64,000 nt of DNA from assembly GCA_951406725.2 (NCBI GenBank), contig OX597828.1, positions 1,860,001-1,924,000 on the forward strand, given 5' to 3'. The translations under genes and the position numbers were made by a program. Below are positions 26,823-41,043 of this stretch, piece by piece; the stretch's first letter is position 1; each line of letters begins with the position of its first letter. This stretch comes from Octopus vulgaris (Eukaryota). Under the pieces are notes generated by a model. The model made no database searches and was not told the origin of the DNA. It was given only the letters and a program-made list of their open reading frames with translations.

Positions 26823-28105
26823 CGAGGGACGTTCAATAAGTAATCCCCCTGACCCACTTGCAGTTGTTTGATCTAGCTGCATGTGCAATTATTTATATCT
26901 CTATAGATTAAGTGGCAAATTACAGCTCTGAACTAATTGTGGTTTCTGATTTACAGGTGTTTGAACTGAGTCAAGTGTGAAATGGAGCCTGTTGAGTGTT
27001 GAGCAGTGATCCGTTTTTTGTATTTGAAAGGACGCACACCACGGGAGACTTTTGCTGAAATGAAAGTAACTTATGGTGATGATGCCCCATCATATGACCT
27101 TGTAAAACGCTGGTATCGTGAATTCAAAAATGGTCGGAACTCTGTGGAAACAGCTCCCAAATCTGGTCGCCTCCTTTCTGCCATTTATGAGGCATCTGTC
27201 CGTCAAGTTGAGGCTGCCATTTTGGAAGATCGACGCATAACAATTCGCCAAATAGCCCATCAGGTCAAGATTAGTACCGGGTATGGGAAAACTATCATTC
27301 GTGACCATTTGCATATGCAAAAGGTGTCTGCCAGATGGATTCCCAGGTTGCTCACACCTTTCCAGAAGCAAGAACGCGTCGAGTGCTCGAGGATGAATTT
27401 GGAGATGTGCCAAGAAGATGAGTCAAAATTTTTCAAAAGACTGATTACACAGGATGAAACCTGGATCCATCACTATGATCCAGAGACCAAAGCCCAGTCA
27501 ATGCAGTGGAAGCACCGTGAGTCACCTCCTCCAAAGAAGGCAAGGGTGCAACCCTTCGCTGGCAAGGTCATGCTCACAGTCTTCTGGGACCAGGACGGAG
27601 TAGTGATGACAGATTTCCTGGCAAAGGGTACCACAATTACAGGAGCCTATTATGCTTCACTTTTGAGGAAATTAAGAGAAGCTATCAAAATCAAGAGGCG
27701 GGGCAAGATCAGCAAAGGCATTCTCCTCCTGCAGGACAACGCTCCGGTCCACAACTCGCGTGTTGCCAGATCAGAAGCACAGGCGTGCGGCTATGAACTC
27801 CTCCCCATCCCCCCTACTCTCCTGACCTTGCACCCTCTGATTTTCACCTCTACCCATCCATGAAGTTGTTTTTGAAAGGAAAGCGTTTCCCAGATGATGC
27901 AGCCTTGATTTCTGAAGTCACGTCGTGGTTGGAGGACCAAGCTGAGGTCTTCAACAAAAACGGTCTCCAGAGCTGCATCAAACGATGGGAGAAATACGTA
28001 ACTCTGGGTGGTTCCTATGTAGAAAAAGACTAATAACTGTGCTAAGTTACGTTGCTCTACTGCTATGGGAAGTGGGTCAGGGGCATTACTTATTGAACGG
28101 CCCTC

Positions 28106-28106
<1 letters not shown>
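26823..28106 (+). mobile_element. Near-intact mariner (DD34D, irritans-like termini)
   Basis: TA-CGAGGGACGTTCAATAAGTAAT..ATTACTTATTGAACGGCCCTCG-TA; see transposase entry. Confidence 0.96.
26982..28033 (+). pseudogene. mariner transposase, one early stop (27000-27002) and one frameshift (~27805)
   Basis: MEPVEC*AVIRFL..WIPRLL..TQDETW..QDNAPVH..(fs)HPPYSPDLAPSDFHL..GGSYVEKD*. Confidence 0.93.
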
Positions 28107-28180
<74 letters not shown>

Positions 28181-28819
28181 TAAATGCATATATGCAATTG
28201 TCAGATTTACAATTATTCCAACACATCTTCAGGTTCTATTTCAAAATAATATATTTCTAATTTTACATCCCTTTAAAAATAAGCAATATGATTATGCATT
28301 AAAGATTAAAAATTAAGAATAAAAATTATACTTTATAATATTAATAATCAAAATTTATAAATTATACATTATAAATTGTAGTATATATATCAATCGTGTA
28401 AAATCAAGTATATGTCAAATACAGAATGTGAGATATAAGATTAAATATCAGAATAAAAAATGCTTGTGTTTAAATGTGATATATAACAAGAAAAATTCAA
28501 ATACATATCTTCCTTTTTTCGCTGGTACTAAAATGTTGATTTGAGGAAGAAGATAGCAGGAAACTATGGCTATTTATAGGTGAATAGTACCAAGGGGGGA
28601 TACACTATACATAGTTTTAATTGTAAATTATCCTCTGTTATTATTTTGAAATTTACGTATATTGGGAGGTATATTTAATTTGTTATTATATAATTTTAGT
28701 AATATTTAATTCATATATTTATTTTATTTAAATTATTGTATTATTTTTTAATATTTTATTTATTGATTTCTATAGTCTATTCATGTACTTTAGAAATAAA
28801 ATTATGTTCAGTACTTCAT

Positions 28820-29788
28820 TTTACTAAAAGTAACATTACGTCGGTGCCTACATTTAACTCGTCGTTCGTCATATGTGCTTAATAATTCATCTCTAGACTG
28901 TAGAAGTTTCATAAATTCAGTTATGCATAATAAACACACTTTATTCCCAATATTATAGGAGTGGGCTCTACCTATAATATTCCAATTAAGGGTGTACTCT
29001 TTTTTCTAGATTTTAATTCCCATATATATTTACTTAAGCCTGTAGACTTACTTAAAATGCAATTTTTAAAGGTCTGGTAGTGTTGGGATATTCTTTTTTT
29101 AATTTCATTAGTTGTTGATCCAGTATAAGCCTTATTTATAATTTTATTATTATTGTTCTTAGAGCTAACTATACATTTATAAATTACATTATCGATATTA
29201 CAATTATTAGAGACCTTACATTTAGTCTTTTCCCGACATAGACATTCCTCTATATGTTGATTAAGACCTCTATCACTATCGGTTATATTATGGCTATTAT
29301 TCATAATAATAATTTAATTTCTTATTATTTATAGAGGAAATAATATTGCCTTCATTTCTCGGTGTTGAGTATTCCACTCTTATGTTTTTTTTTGAAAATA
29401 TATTTGAATAACTATTGTCCTTTTTAAAAACCATTTTTTACTATTTTAAGTGTCTCCTTAATAATATTAGTCATAATTTGGTCCCCATACGGAATAATTA
29501 ACCATATAATATCCTTTTTACTTTTTATATTTTTATATTATCATTATTAGTAGACATCATCGGTATTAAATTGTTATTCTTAGGTATATTATATCTATTT
29601 ATATTTACTTTACTATGTTTCTTACTATTGCTCATATTCTCATTATCATTATTTCTATTATTATTGTAACCATTATTAACAACTATATTATTTTTATCTT
29701 TATTTAGTTTGTTATATTGTCTTTTATTGCTATTATTTATATTTTTACTGTTAGACTTATTATTAGTTTTATTAGGAATACTTGTCAT
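28820..29788 (-). mobile_element. PLE 3' fragment (Asn-rich linker plus GIY-YIG), same type as 1-729
   Basis: CLCREKTKCKVSNNC..NVIYKCIV..AYTGSTTNEIKKRISQHYQTF..STGLSKYIWELK. Confidence 0.85.
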
Positions 29789-29799
29789 CTCTAATAGCA

Positions 29800-31255
29800 G
29801 AGTTGACTTGGATATGTTAAATCACCTTCCAAAAAAGCAAAGGAAAAAACAATCACGGTTTCATTTGATGTAGTTAATTTGTATACCAGTATACCTCATA
29901 ATTATGGGCTAGAGGCAATTCAGTTCTGGCTGGACCAATTTCCGGAAGAAATATAAAAAAGGATCAGTAAAGAATTCATTACTATATCGGTTGAATTTGA
30001 ATTCATCCTACAAAATAACCAATTCCTGTTTGACAATACGTTTTACCGTCAAAACTCCGGAATTGCAATGGGTACTAGGGCAGCACTAGTCATTGTGAAC
30101 CTAACAATGGGCTACCTGGAGGTAATAATATACGAGGAATCTTTATCTACCTTTGGAAACCCCCTTTCCCAATACATAAAAGTGAATTGGAAAAGATTCC
30201 TAGGCGACTGTTTCATACTCTAGAATGAAAACACAGATAAACTCCTAAAATTCAAAAGCCTACTGAACAGTGTCAACCCAAACATACAGTTCACAATGGA
30301 CTACAACCAAAAGGAGCTTCCATTCGTAGATATACTAATTAATAAAATAAACCTAAAAATAGAAACGAACATATTTTACAAAACCACAGACGCCAAACAA
30401 TATCTACTTTTTGGTTCATGCCACCTGAGACACACTAAAACAAACATCCCCTTCAACCTTGCAAGAAGGATATGCGCAATAGTGTCAGAACAAAATACCA
30501 GAAACTTTAGATTGCAAGAACTCAAAAATACCCTAATTGACAGACACTACCCAGTTCAACTCATAGAGGATGGAATCAGACGTGCAACACAAATCGACAT
30601 AGAAACCTTAAGAAAAGTTCAACACAGCAACACACCTTCCCCGAAAATACTGCCGTACATATCCACATACAACCCCAGAAACTCAGAAGCCTTCACCATC
30701 ATCACCCAGAATTTACCAATGCTACATAAGGACCCCAAATTAAAGGAAATTTTACACATACATAAAATCATTAAAAGCTACATTCAACAGAAATCACTAA
30801 AAAAGATCCTCACAAAGGCAAACATATTTTCTAAAATAACGGGTGCAAAAGTTTAAAAAGTGTGGTAGACCAAATTGCGCAACATGCCCAAACCTTCTAG
30901 AATAATCAGAATTCCTCTTCAAAGAGGGACAAAAATTCAAAATCAAATCTAATTTTACTTGTGCTTCAGAAACCTGATTTATGTCATAAGATGCTTGGGC
31001 TGCCACCAAAACTACATAGGATCCACGAGATTATCGCTCAGATGCAGATGCACTCTGCATCGACAGCAGATTGCATTCCCAGAATGCAGAATGATACCCT
31101 TTAGTGAACATATTGAGAAATGCGCAAAGCAACTACTACCATAATTTGTAATCCTTCCATTCTATCAATGTGCCATTGGAACACCAACAGAAGTTAGATT
31201 AAATAAGGAAACCTTCTTCATTGAAAAATATAAGCCAAAATTTAACCATTTCTAA
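29800..31255 (+). mobile_element. Penelope-like element: RT core to GIY-YIG, several stops and frameshifts
   Basis: SFDVVNLYTSIP, GIAMGT, WKRFLGDCF, LPFVDI, FYKTTD..SCHLRHTKTNIPFNLARRI, CGRPNCATC, NLIYVIRC.GCHQNYIGST..R...H. Confidence 0.92.
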
Positions 31256-31629
31256 CATTTTAAAATAAGGAAACCACCTCATTGAAAGAAATATAAAGCA
31301 AAACCTATCCACTTCTAACATTCTATTCCTTCTAAACCAAATCATGATTAATTAATCATTCCCAACATGTTTGATTATCTCCCTTATACCGGAAAAAATC
31401 CCTGATTACCTTCCCCTGCCTGGAACTCCATATTTCACAACATAGCGAAGACATGATACGATATAGGTAAAGAAATTTGAAAAATTTGGAAAGAAAATAC
31501 GAAACCGGTTATTTCTCCAAAAACTATGTTACTATACACAAAATTTTATAACATTTTTCTAACATAACGACTTAAATATATTCTTTAACCATATAACACA
31601 AGCCTTCTGTAGTTTTTTTCACTCTTTTT

Positions 31630-31683
<54 letters not shown>

Positions 31684-33677
31684 TGTACACAGTCCGATTC
31701 TTAACTTTGATGACTCAGTCCGAAGTAATTTATTAGAACTATTGCCTTGTATAAGATACTTTGTATTATTAGTATAAGGATTGTTCTAAACCTATTTCCG
31801 ACAAATGAGAGGACTAAGGGTATATGGGTATATAGAATAAAGTAGTCAGTATGAAAGGTGAATAGATGATTTGAACTCGTTATCCCGTAGTTTCATATTT
31901 TATCTATTCAGCTACTGCTACCGTAGACTGACTAATACATATTTTGTGTAAAATTAATGTGCTTTATAATGAAAATATAACGGTTACATCAAAACCATAG
32001 ATGAGCAAAAGAATAGCGAAAATATAAATAGAAACCCAATGATTAAGAATAAAAGTGCACCAACCATGAAGAAAAATTACCAACATAAATACAAAAATAT
32101 AAGCAATTGGGCATAAAAAAAGATAAAATGTTCAGTCATAACTATTTAAAATATAAGTGTATTTATAAAACACATTTCATTATTTTTTAAAACTGAATTA
32201 TAGAAGATTTTTGAAAGTACACTAATCCCAACAGAAAAATTGTATTTTTAATATCAGACAGACATTGTAAGAGAGGAATCACAAAATTTCTGCTGTTTTC
32301 TTTTAATTTTGGCATTATCAATAAGTGATTGTTATTTTCTTTTAGGTCGAAACTTATAGGTCGAAACGTTATTTATAATGTAGCGGTAAAATAGTTATTC
32401 TGAAGATAATAGCGTCAAATATTTAAAATTAATCATCACGAATGTCTATTCAATCAGATGAAAAATATCTGATTAATTTCGAAATAGGGAAGATAAAAAC
32501 AAAAGGAATCTAGTTTTAAAGTTTTTCTGAATTTTAGATTCTTTATTATTAATGATTTCAAATATTATGTTTAATCAATTCATTTGTAAAGTTGGGAGGA
32601 AAAGAAATTTAATTAATTTTAAACTCTATAGCCAAGTGTGGTGAATTACCGCCAGCACACTTATATATAAACAATACTAATTGTTACCATAAATTTACAC
32701 AGAGTATCATAATTTCATGTAGATATGTAAAGAACTATTTTGAATAATATTGAAGAGGTTTGCTAATGTGTAAGTTTTCTGTATTCCTAAATATTTAATC
32801 CATCATAGACATTAGTATTTCTTTCCCAAATTCAAGAGATCCATATATAGCTTCCGTGTGTATATCTGCGTATTTGTAAGCTTTGATATATGTTTCTATC
32901 TTGAGACTGAGCAGATACATATAGCGTTGTGGGAATAGATAATGTGTAATAAGGTCACGCTGACTGTAATCGTTTCATTGAATTTTGAAAGCATGGATAT
33001 ATTGATTTGATTTCAAAACGTTTGGGAACATTTCAGAGCCTCACAACAGAAGCGTACCATCCCTGCACAACTTTCTACAAGGTCTTGTTGGTTTCACATT
33101 AATAAGGCCCCATGTTCTATCTTTGAATATAAGGGCTTAATTATACTGCTATAAATATTGATAATTGCAGAAGGAACACCGACACCAATGGAAATATATT
33201 TATTAGTAATTTTACTGAAGCACCTTATAAACAGATTTCAAATTGGAAAATAATAATAAATTTCGACACAGAATTGACTCCCCTCAATGGAACAAAAATT
33301 CTTTTTTACCACGGTACATAGTTATTATGTAACTCAGTGAGATCGGTCACGTCTATAATCGAAAGTATTCTGTATGTGAAAAAAGACGAAAACTGAGAGC
33401 AAAATACAAATTCTCAGTGAGTCCTAAAACAATATGGTTGCTGCATTGTTAGAGTGGATATTACTGTACCCAGATTGGTGTGGCGGACTGAAGGATGAAT
33501 ATGGAAGGTATATGCTACAGTCTTGGTCTGGATATTTTCTGGCAACATCAATGCTACTTGGAAGGGGCTTCAGTACCGAAATCTTTGCCATCTCTAGCCG
33601 ATAGTTAATGAAGGTCGTGTCTTGTAGTACAAGTTGTAATACATACATGCATGCATACATGCATGCATACATGCATG

Positions 33678-33709
<32 letters not shown>

Positions 33710-33775
33710 CATACATACATACATATATACATGCATGCATGCATACATACATACATACATACATACATACATACA

Positions 33776-33835
<60 letters not shown>

Positions 33836-34849
33836 ACTGTGCTATCACCAAGCCCATTTTCCTTTTGCATCGAAATCATTAAGCTATCTATTGATAAACT
33901 CGCAGATGTACAGATCGGAGGATGAAACTAGAAACAGTGCTTGTAACACTCTCAGAGAAAGCACTGCTAAGTTGGAACTATTTTGAACATACCCATGTTT
34001 TTATATACATTTGAGCCATCATTATATAAGATGAGAATTATATATCAAAGAAATCATGTGAAGGGCTGAGCAGACCAATGCTGGTTTTTGGTAAGATCAG
34101 ACAAATGGCTATGAATAAAAGCGAGAAAAAGACTTGTACAGGCATACATAAACCCAGCCTTAACTATAGTTTTATGGCCTAGGATTTCAACAGACACGTG
34201 CAAAAGTTTATCAATGTTGTAGATACATTTTTCTTCATAGAATCTTGAAGGTTTTGTTGACAGAGACATTGAAAAATATCGAAGTCCCTAGACGAACAAT
34301 CACCAACAGGAAACCTCTTAATAACATAAGAGATAACAGGCAAAGTTCATGGGACACTTAATTGACATGTGAAAAACGGAAAGGAAGAAGGAACAAAGGA
34401 AGAGAGAGAGAAAAAGATATTCGATATCCTCACCAATAGGCTTTTGAATGACCGTCCCCAAGCGAATGTTCTAATTTGAGTGGCGGACCATGATCGTTGA
34501 CACTTGTTAGCATGGTATATGCAGAAAAAATATTTATAAAACATAGATATATATTATTGACTTTTAAAATAGACCTAATAAAGCAGAGAATGATGAAAGG
34601 TGTATAGCTGTGATCATACGAATATAGCGAATAAAGCTATCTTTACCAATCCCTAAGCAGGTTACTTATAGGTCAAGATGGGTTATATGGGCAGTTTAGT
34701 TTTAAACCGATTCTGGCTAGTTTACTATGGTATAAAGTGTGATTGCTCAGTCCAAGCTTGTGATTTACTGCATGTTAAATCTGATGATTATGAAATGATG
34801 TACATGAGTCTGGATCTTTCAGGCAGTTGAAAGCTATTAATAAGAAGAG

Positions 34850-35740
34850 CTCAAGCGCTGTTGACAGTTCCGTATTATTTCGAATATCAGGATAATATCC
34901 ATAGTTGCTTTGATATCTGGAACTTTTCCGTTAGACAACGCATATAGTTTCATGATCAATTGAAGTATATAGTGGATATATCGGCCATGCTCCATGTTAC
35001 TGGAGGGGATTCAGATCTTTAGTCCTTATATTTCCAGACAGATTTGGACGAGGATGTAAAGTGTTTTTCTATTTCAAGATCTAAATTAGTGAAGATGCTT
35101 GTAATAACGACACTTAAAAGTGTTCTCAGTGAATCTCGAATAGTCTTAATGCTGTCCCGGCGTGCTTATGGATGCTTTATATATATCAGCTTTGGAGAAA
35201 CAATGGAAGGGTAGACAAATTTAGATAGTTGTAAGTTTGATGTTGGGATATGGTTTGTGTAGATGTGTCTTGAAGTTAGCAAACTAGCTCGTTAAGAAAA
35301 TCTCTATTAGAGATGAAAGCAGTATTTATACTGAAGAGTAGTGGTCATCGCCACCTAAACGTGGGTGTTCTATAAGAACAGACACTACTGCTATTCTAAC
35401 CCCAGGTAGACGCCTGGAAATTTTGTTGTATTTGAGTAATGGTGCGAACTGCGGTTTTACAAGAAGTAGAAAGTTTGTGGTTATATCCTGGTCACATACA
35501 CATTATATGGAGGATTGAGGGAAATTAGTATTTTTCTTGCCTCTACTCTTGGTTGCAAGTTTTTTTAAATTTATGTATACTAACTTATCTCAGATGTTAG
35601 CTAGTGTATCATTATAACAGATGACGGCTTTGTTAGATATCCCTCACGATGAATTGTTAGAAGATACGTTCGTTCAACTGTTTCAAGTGATAGTGTTTGC
35701 TGTATTTTAAAATTTATTAGTTGTCTTTAATTAAATTAGT
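34850..35740 (-). mobile_element. Heavily decayed PLE linker plus GIY-YIG
   Basis: Minus: RKILISLNPPYNV..NFLLLVK; CFSKADIYKASI..FTENTFKCRYYKH..SKSVWKYKD..RCLTEKF. Confidence 0.6.
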
Positions 35741-35749
35741 ACTAATATT

Positions 35750-35935
35750 GACGTCAATAAAGTTACTGAATCTGTGTGCCTCACACAAAGAACCGGCCAC
35801 AATTGGTCTCATTTTGAGATCTCTCGGATGTGGAAAATCCATGATCAAAGAAGTTGATTTGTTACAAGCATCGTTTATGGCTTCACTTCTCTGGATTTGG
35901 GGAAGACCATAAAAGTTGGCTTTGCAGTCAAATCT
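35750..35935 (-). mobile_element. PLE RT N-terminal motifs
   Basis: NFYGLPQIQRS..DLKMRPIVAGSLCEAHRFSNFIDV. Confidence 0.8.
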
Positions 35936-35946
35936 ACATACATACA

Positions 35947-35977
<31 letters not shown>

Positions 35978-36319
35978 CTGTGTGTGTGTGTGTGTGTAAA
36001 TGTATATTTCCGGTTTCATTTTTTGAATTTCGCACCAGTAGAAAAGTAATGTTTCTAGCATAGGAATTTAATCAACATGTATGCAGGTATATGGGAACAT
36101 TTTGAAAACATGATCATGATCTCGTTTTATGGACCTTCACTCGCAGTAAAGCCTGAGACAACTTTCTTTATTGGTAATGTAATATTAGATAGATACCAGT
36201 AATACTAAGATTTATCTTATATCTTAAATCATAGAACTCTGCCCAAAATGATCAGTGTTTAATTTAGTTACATTTCATTCTAAATTCAAATACTTCCGGA
36301 CTTCGATTGTTACTTAGGA

Positions 36320-37250
36320 TAAGTCATGGGCTCCTCACGTGTGTTGCCTTACATGTGTGACGACATTGAATGCCTGGTATGCAGGAAAAATGTTCACATG
36401 AACTTTGGTGTGCCAATGATATGGCGTGAGCAGAAAGATCACTCTAATGACTGCTATTTCTGTCACCATGACTTTACAGGCTGTACTACAGCAAAGAAAA
36501 AGAAACACATTGTTTACCCAAATTTGCAATCAGTAATGCGCCCAGTAGAACACTCAGAAAATTTACTTGTGCCCAAATCTCCAGATCAAGAAATGCAGAG
36601 TTCCAGCAGTGCTGATGAACATTCCAGTGGTGAATGTGTGAAGCCCAAAGATCCAGAAAGCGAGAATAAACCAATACCATTTTCTCAAGAGGCTCTAAAT
36701 TACTGGGCAACCATCGTTCAGAAGACTATGTGCAAGTTGTGAATGATCTGCTGTGTCATTATCATGACATGGGATGTAACATGTCTCTAAAGGTTCATGT
36801 ACTTCACTCTCATTTTAATTTTTTTAGAAAATCTTAGTGATATGAGTGATGAACATGGTGAAAGATTCCATCAGGATATTTCAGTGATGGAGCGACGATT
36901 CAAAGGAAAATAGAACCCTGGCATGCTGGCAGACTACTGCTGGGGTATAAAAAACAGAAGATCACACTCCGCACAAGAGGCTTAGAAGGGCAAAAGTTGT
37001 TTAAACTGTGAGGTGTGTTTTTAATTAAAAACCAATATATGTTTTGATACAACTAAATTTTTTGTTTTGTTTTCTGTAACTTTCAGTATTTGCAATGTTG
37101 TGTTCAATAGGCAATATTATGCAGTATATTATAAAACATATGTTTCATGGTACGGGAAAACAGTGCCTAATCTGGAGAAATAACGGTCAGAATCAGAATC
37201 AGGACAAATTTTGGACCCAGAAACATGTCTTACTTGTACTTTTTTTGAAC
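36320..37250 (+). mobile_element. Internally deleted Chapaev3-like (CMC) DNA transposon remnant
   Basis: FGVPMIWREQKDHSNDCYFC..YPNLQSVMRPVEHS fused to LGNHRSEDY..MGCNMSLKVHVLHSH..SDEHGERFHQDISVMERRF..MLADYCW; family name recalled from these motifs. Confidence 0.75.
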
Positions 37251-39329
37251 CTGAAATGATTCATGTCGTCATCTAATTCTAATAGCTGATATTCGCGGTA
37301 ATTTTTCTATTTCATCTTTAAATATGATTATTTACATTAACATCTACATGAGTATTATTTTATTAGTGATGTGAATGCTCTTATAAAATTAACGACATAT
37401 CCAAAATCCGTTCTTCCTACACAATATACGCACTCTAAATAGAAGACAAGGTAACAATACAAGCCATAATTGTTTAGCAATGATGTTTTGAATAAAAGGC
37501 TGAGGGAAAAAGTAGACTCGTAATAATACGAATCTGAACTTACAAGCTTAGAAAGACTGTCAAAAGAATAAAGAATGATATTAGAAGGCTTAAACTTGGA
37601 CAAGAGAGAACTTGAACGAGGATTTGATGTGATAGGGAGATTAACTTGAACAAAAGATAGAATGGACAAGAAATGAAAATAAGCATACGCAATAAAATAT
37701 CTGGAGTATTTCTATGATCTTGAGGATGCTTGTACAATTAAAATTGAAAGAAAATCATAATCCTGTTATTTCTCGATTGTTCGTCTTTTTCTTTCTTTTC
37801 AAATGCATTATTTTTATATGACTGTGTAAATGCCGTCGAGTGTTGGTAACTACCCAAGTTTCAACTCGTGTGTAAACCATTAACACTCGAAATCTTGTTT
37901 AGAAGCATTATCATTCCACTTAAAGTACAGGTTTCATGATCTTGTGAGTTTCTGTAACGTAGCATTTTTCAATTTCTCTACACAACAGATCTTGTTTTTT
38001 TTTAATTGTGTTGTATTGAGGAACGATAAATGTCTATCACCGAAAAAAATTATACGCCACAATAAAATAATAATTACCAAACAGCATTCGAGAATTCTTG
38101 TGTCTTAAGACTTCCCTTCTCATATCTTCCCTTTTCATATGCAGCTGGTCTAAATTGCAATTAAGTAATTGTGACACAACTTCTAGAGGCAGAGATAATT
38201 TTAAAAAAATCAAGGATTTGAGTGGATTTACATGTATTTGCCTATGTTATTTATATACATGGCACTGACCTATCTGAGTCATTTCTCCTAACTTTTGTTT
38301 AACTCATGCTACTTACCCAGGTCATAAATGGGCTACCACAGAAGAGGTTCTCGATTCTTGAAATTATTTCATCCTTCTTATACGAAACCTGTTTTAATTA
38401 CCATTCTGTAACTGTGACACATCCTCTGCAGGCAGAGATACTTTTAGAAAAATCAAGGATTTATGTTGTATGGTATTTAATATACCTTTATTTGCGTATG
38501 TTTTTTCATAAACATGCCACTGGTCACTGAGATTTTGCGTGCATTTGTGTGTGTGTGTGTGTGTGTGAATCCTCTGTGTGTTAACAGGGGTCTCTTGACG
38601 GTAATATAAATTTCATATAATCAAGATATCCTTGGCCTGAAGAGTAGCCCGCAATATACGTCTCACTTGGATAATTACTACTTCCGAGGTTCCGCTCGCT
38701 ATAGCTCAGACTTTATCTCCTCCATCCCTTAATTTTTGGATATTTTTCAGCGATGTTGATGACAACAACCATAGTGGCATTCTCCACTCAAACAGCTACA
38801 ACAACAACAACAACACAAACATACGAAACTGAAACAACTATTTACAGGCACTAAGAGAGAATGACTCTCCTCTGACACAAAATAGTATGCTTCAACACAC
38901 GAACTCACATGAAGAATCTTGCAAACCAAATCCAAAAACGCACACACACACACACACACATTAATGGTATTTTTATATAATCTTAAAGCTTATGGCGATC
39001 ACTGTGCAATGACTAAGAAAAATAGTCCAATAATGGGACATGGACTATTTTCCTTAGTCATTGCACGCCATATTATTTACAGGATTGTAAAAAAAAAAAA
39101 ACAGCGCCGTATAAAAAAAACATTCGCACCGAAAGCATATATATATAGCTAGATTATTTTCGCATTATATTGTTCAGATTTGTATTTTGACAACTACTTT
39201 TATGTTTTACAACAATCCCCAGCTGAATATTTATATAGAAAACGCAACTACAAATAGATGCTGTTACCAGATAGCTAAATAGAGGTACCGTATAAAATAC
39301 AAACAGTATTACAATACTTTTGAAAGAAT

Positions 39330-39730
39330 AAGGCGGCGAGCTGGCAGAGACGTTAGAATGGCGGGCGTATTGCTTAGAGGTATTTCGTCTGTCGCTATGT
39401 TCTGAGTTCAAATTCCACCGAGGTCGTCTTTGCCTTTCATCCTTACGGGGTCGATTAAATAAGTACTAGTTACGCACTGGGGTCGATATAATCTACTTAA
39501 TCCGTTTGTCTGTCCTTGTTTGTCCTCTCTGTGTTTAGCCCCTTGTGGGTAGTAAAGAAATAGGTATTTCGTCTCTCTTTATGCTCTGAGTTCAGATTCC
39601 GCCGAGGTCAACTTTGCTTTTCATCCATTCGGAGTCGATAAATTAAGTACCAGTTGCATACTGAGGTCTATCTAATCGACTGGCCCTCTCCTTCAAAATT
39701 TCGGGCCTTGTGCCTAGAGTAGAAAAGAAT
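39330..39730 (+). mobile_element. tRNA-derived SINE, dimeric/tandem form
   Basis: Head aaggcggcgagctggcag followed by two copies of the gagttca..gcctttcatcc..aagtac unit. Confidence 0.88.
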
Positions 39731-40825
39731 ATTTTTGAGGGAATGCTATCAAATCAAATTCATATTAGCATGTCTCGTAATCGGTAAGTCTGATTTGGTG
39801 ACGTTAAAAAATATTCTGATTGTGTCACTACAAAACACTATATCCTCGCCTTGTGCTCGCCTTTCTTGGTTGTTGTACAAGCATTTGATATACAAGTTCT
39901 ATAATAGTGTTTATGAGTAAAATCGGATATTTTTGCTTAGGCATGGCATTTTTTGAATTCTGCAAGTCGTTTATTTCAGTTTTGGTATCGACATCATGAG
40001 ACCAGTGCAAACTTTTCACACCATTTATTTACTTGTTTGTTATCTCATTGCATTTAGAATTTCCTTTTGCATTTTCTACCAGCAGTTAAAACTGCTAGGC
40101 TTCAGTTAAATTTAAAGTAGTTCAGTTTGTTAATTACGATGTTTTGAAACCATATTTTTGAGCGTTTTCATGATGCGATGATTTACATTGCTTAGTATTT
40201 ATGAGCAAAAGCTTGTATCCGTTGATTTTTGTTGTCAAAGTTTGTACTCGGAAAGAAAAATGTAGTGGAAATGGGAGTGGAAGGAAAATAGCACAAGTGA
40301 CATAAATAGATGGAATACAGTTTAACAGTATAAGCGGGACTTGCAAACTAGTCTGAGTTACGCTACAATCTCAGCTACAATTTCCAAAATCCACCTAGTA
40401 ACGTCGCCAGATTCTCTAAGAGAAAATGTATGAACAGAAATAAAAATATAAATAGCGAAAAACAGAAAAAAATAAGTGTTTTGGGAATAATTAGACGTTA
40501 ATTTGTGATGATTCATTAACCAATGTAAAATATTTTGATTTGCAATGACATCCTACATTCAACTAAGAAGAGAAATGGGTCTTCAAGCTTCAACACACTG
40601 CAAACACCATAAATACCTGTATACTCAGATAGCTTTTGGTAAACAGCAGAACTTGAAAGGAAAATACAATTTTATTTTACATATACTACTCTTTTACGTC
40701 GACGTAAGCTATGAACATGATCCCGTTATAAATTAAATGAAAGAAAACATTTTCCTAATGTTATGTAAAACTTTCAGAATTATTTTTTCGTATATTTAAG
40801 CTATTTTAAAGGTCATATACATTTA

Positions 40826-41043
40826 ATATTGGTTTCAAATTCTGACACAAGTCCGGAAGTTTGGAGGAGGGGGTTAGTCGATTACATCGACCTCACTGCT
40901 TGACTGTACTTATTTTATTGACGCTGAAGGGATTATAGAATAAGTCGAAGACGGCGGAATTTGAACCCAGAACGTAAAAATGGACGAAATGCCGCTAAGC
41001 GTTTTGCATGGTATGCTAACTATTCTGCCATCTCATCGCCTTA
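40826..41043 (-). mobile_element. SINE, monomeric form of the same family
   Basis: Reverse-complement similarity from head (ctcatcgcctt) to tail (attggtttcaaat). Confidence 0.8.

Noticed and set aside
33331-33372. cagtga-gatc..aatc-GAAAGTATTC, HHR-like
   Set aside because: The core is too degenerate to separate from chance.
29795-35935. Possible 6-kb inversion joining the 35750 RT N-terminus to the 29800 RT core
   Set aside because: The protein pieces are roughly consecutive, but the reciprocal junction shows no continuity. Independent fragments are the simpler explanation.
38634-38711. CTGAAGA-gtagc..gctc-gctatagc-tc, HHR-like
   Set aside because: The GAAA box is absent and stem I does not pair.
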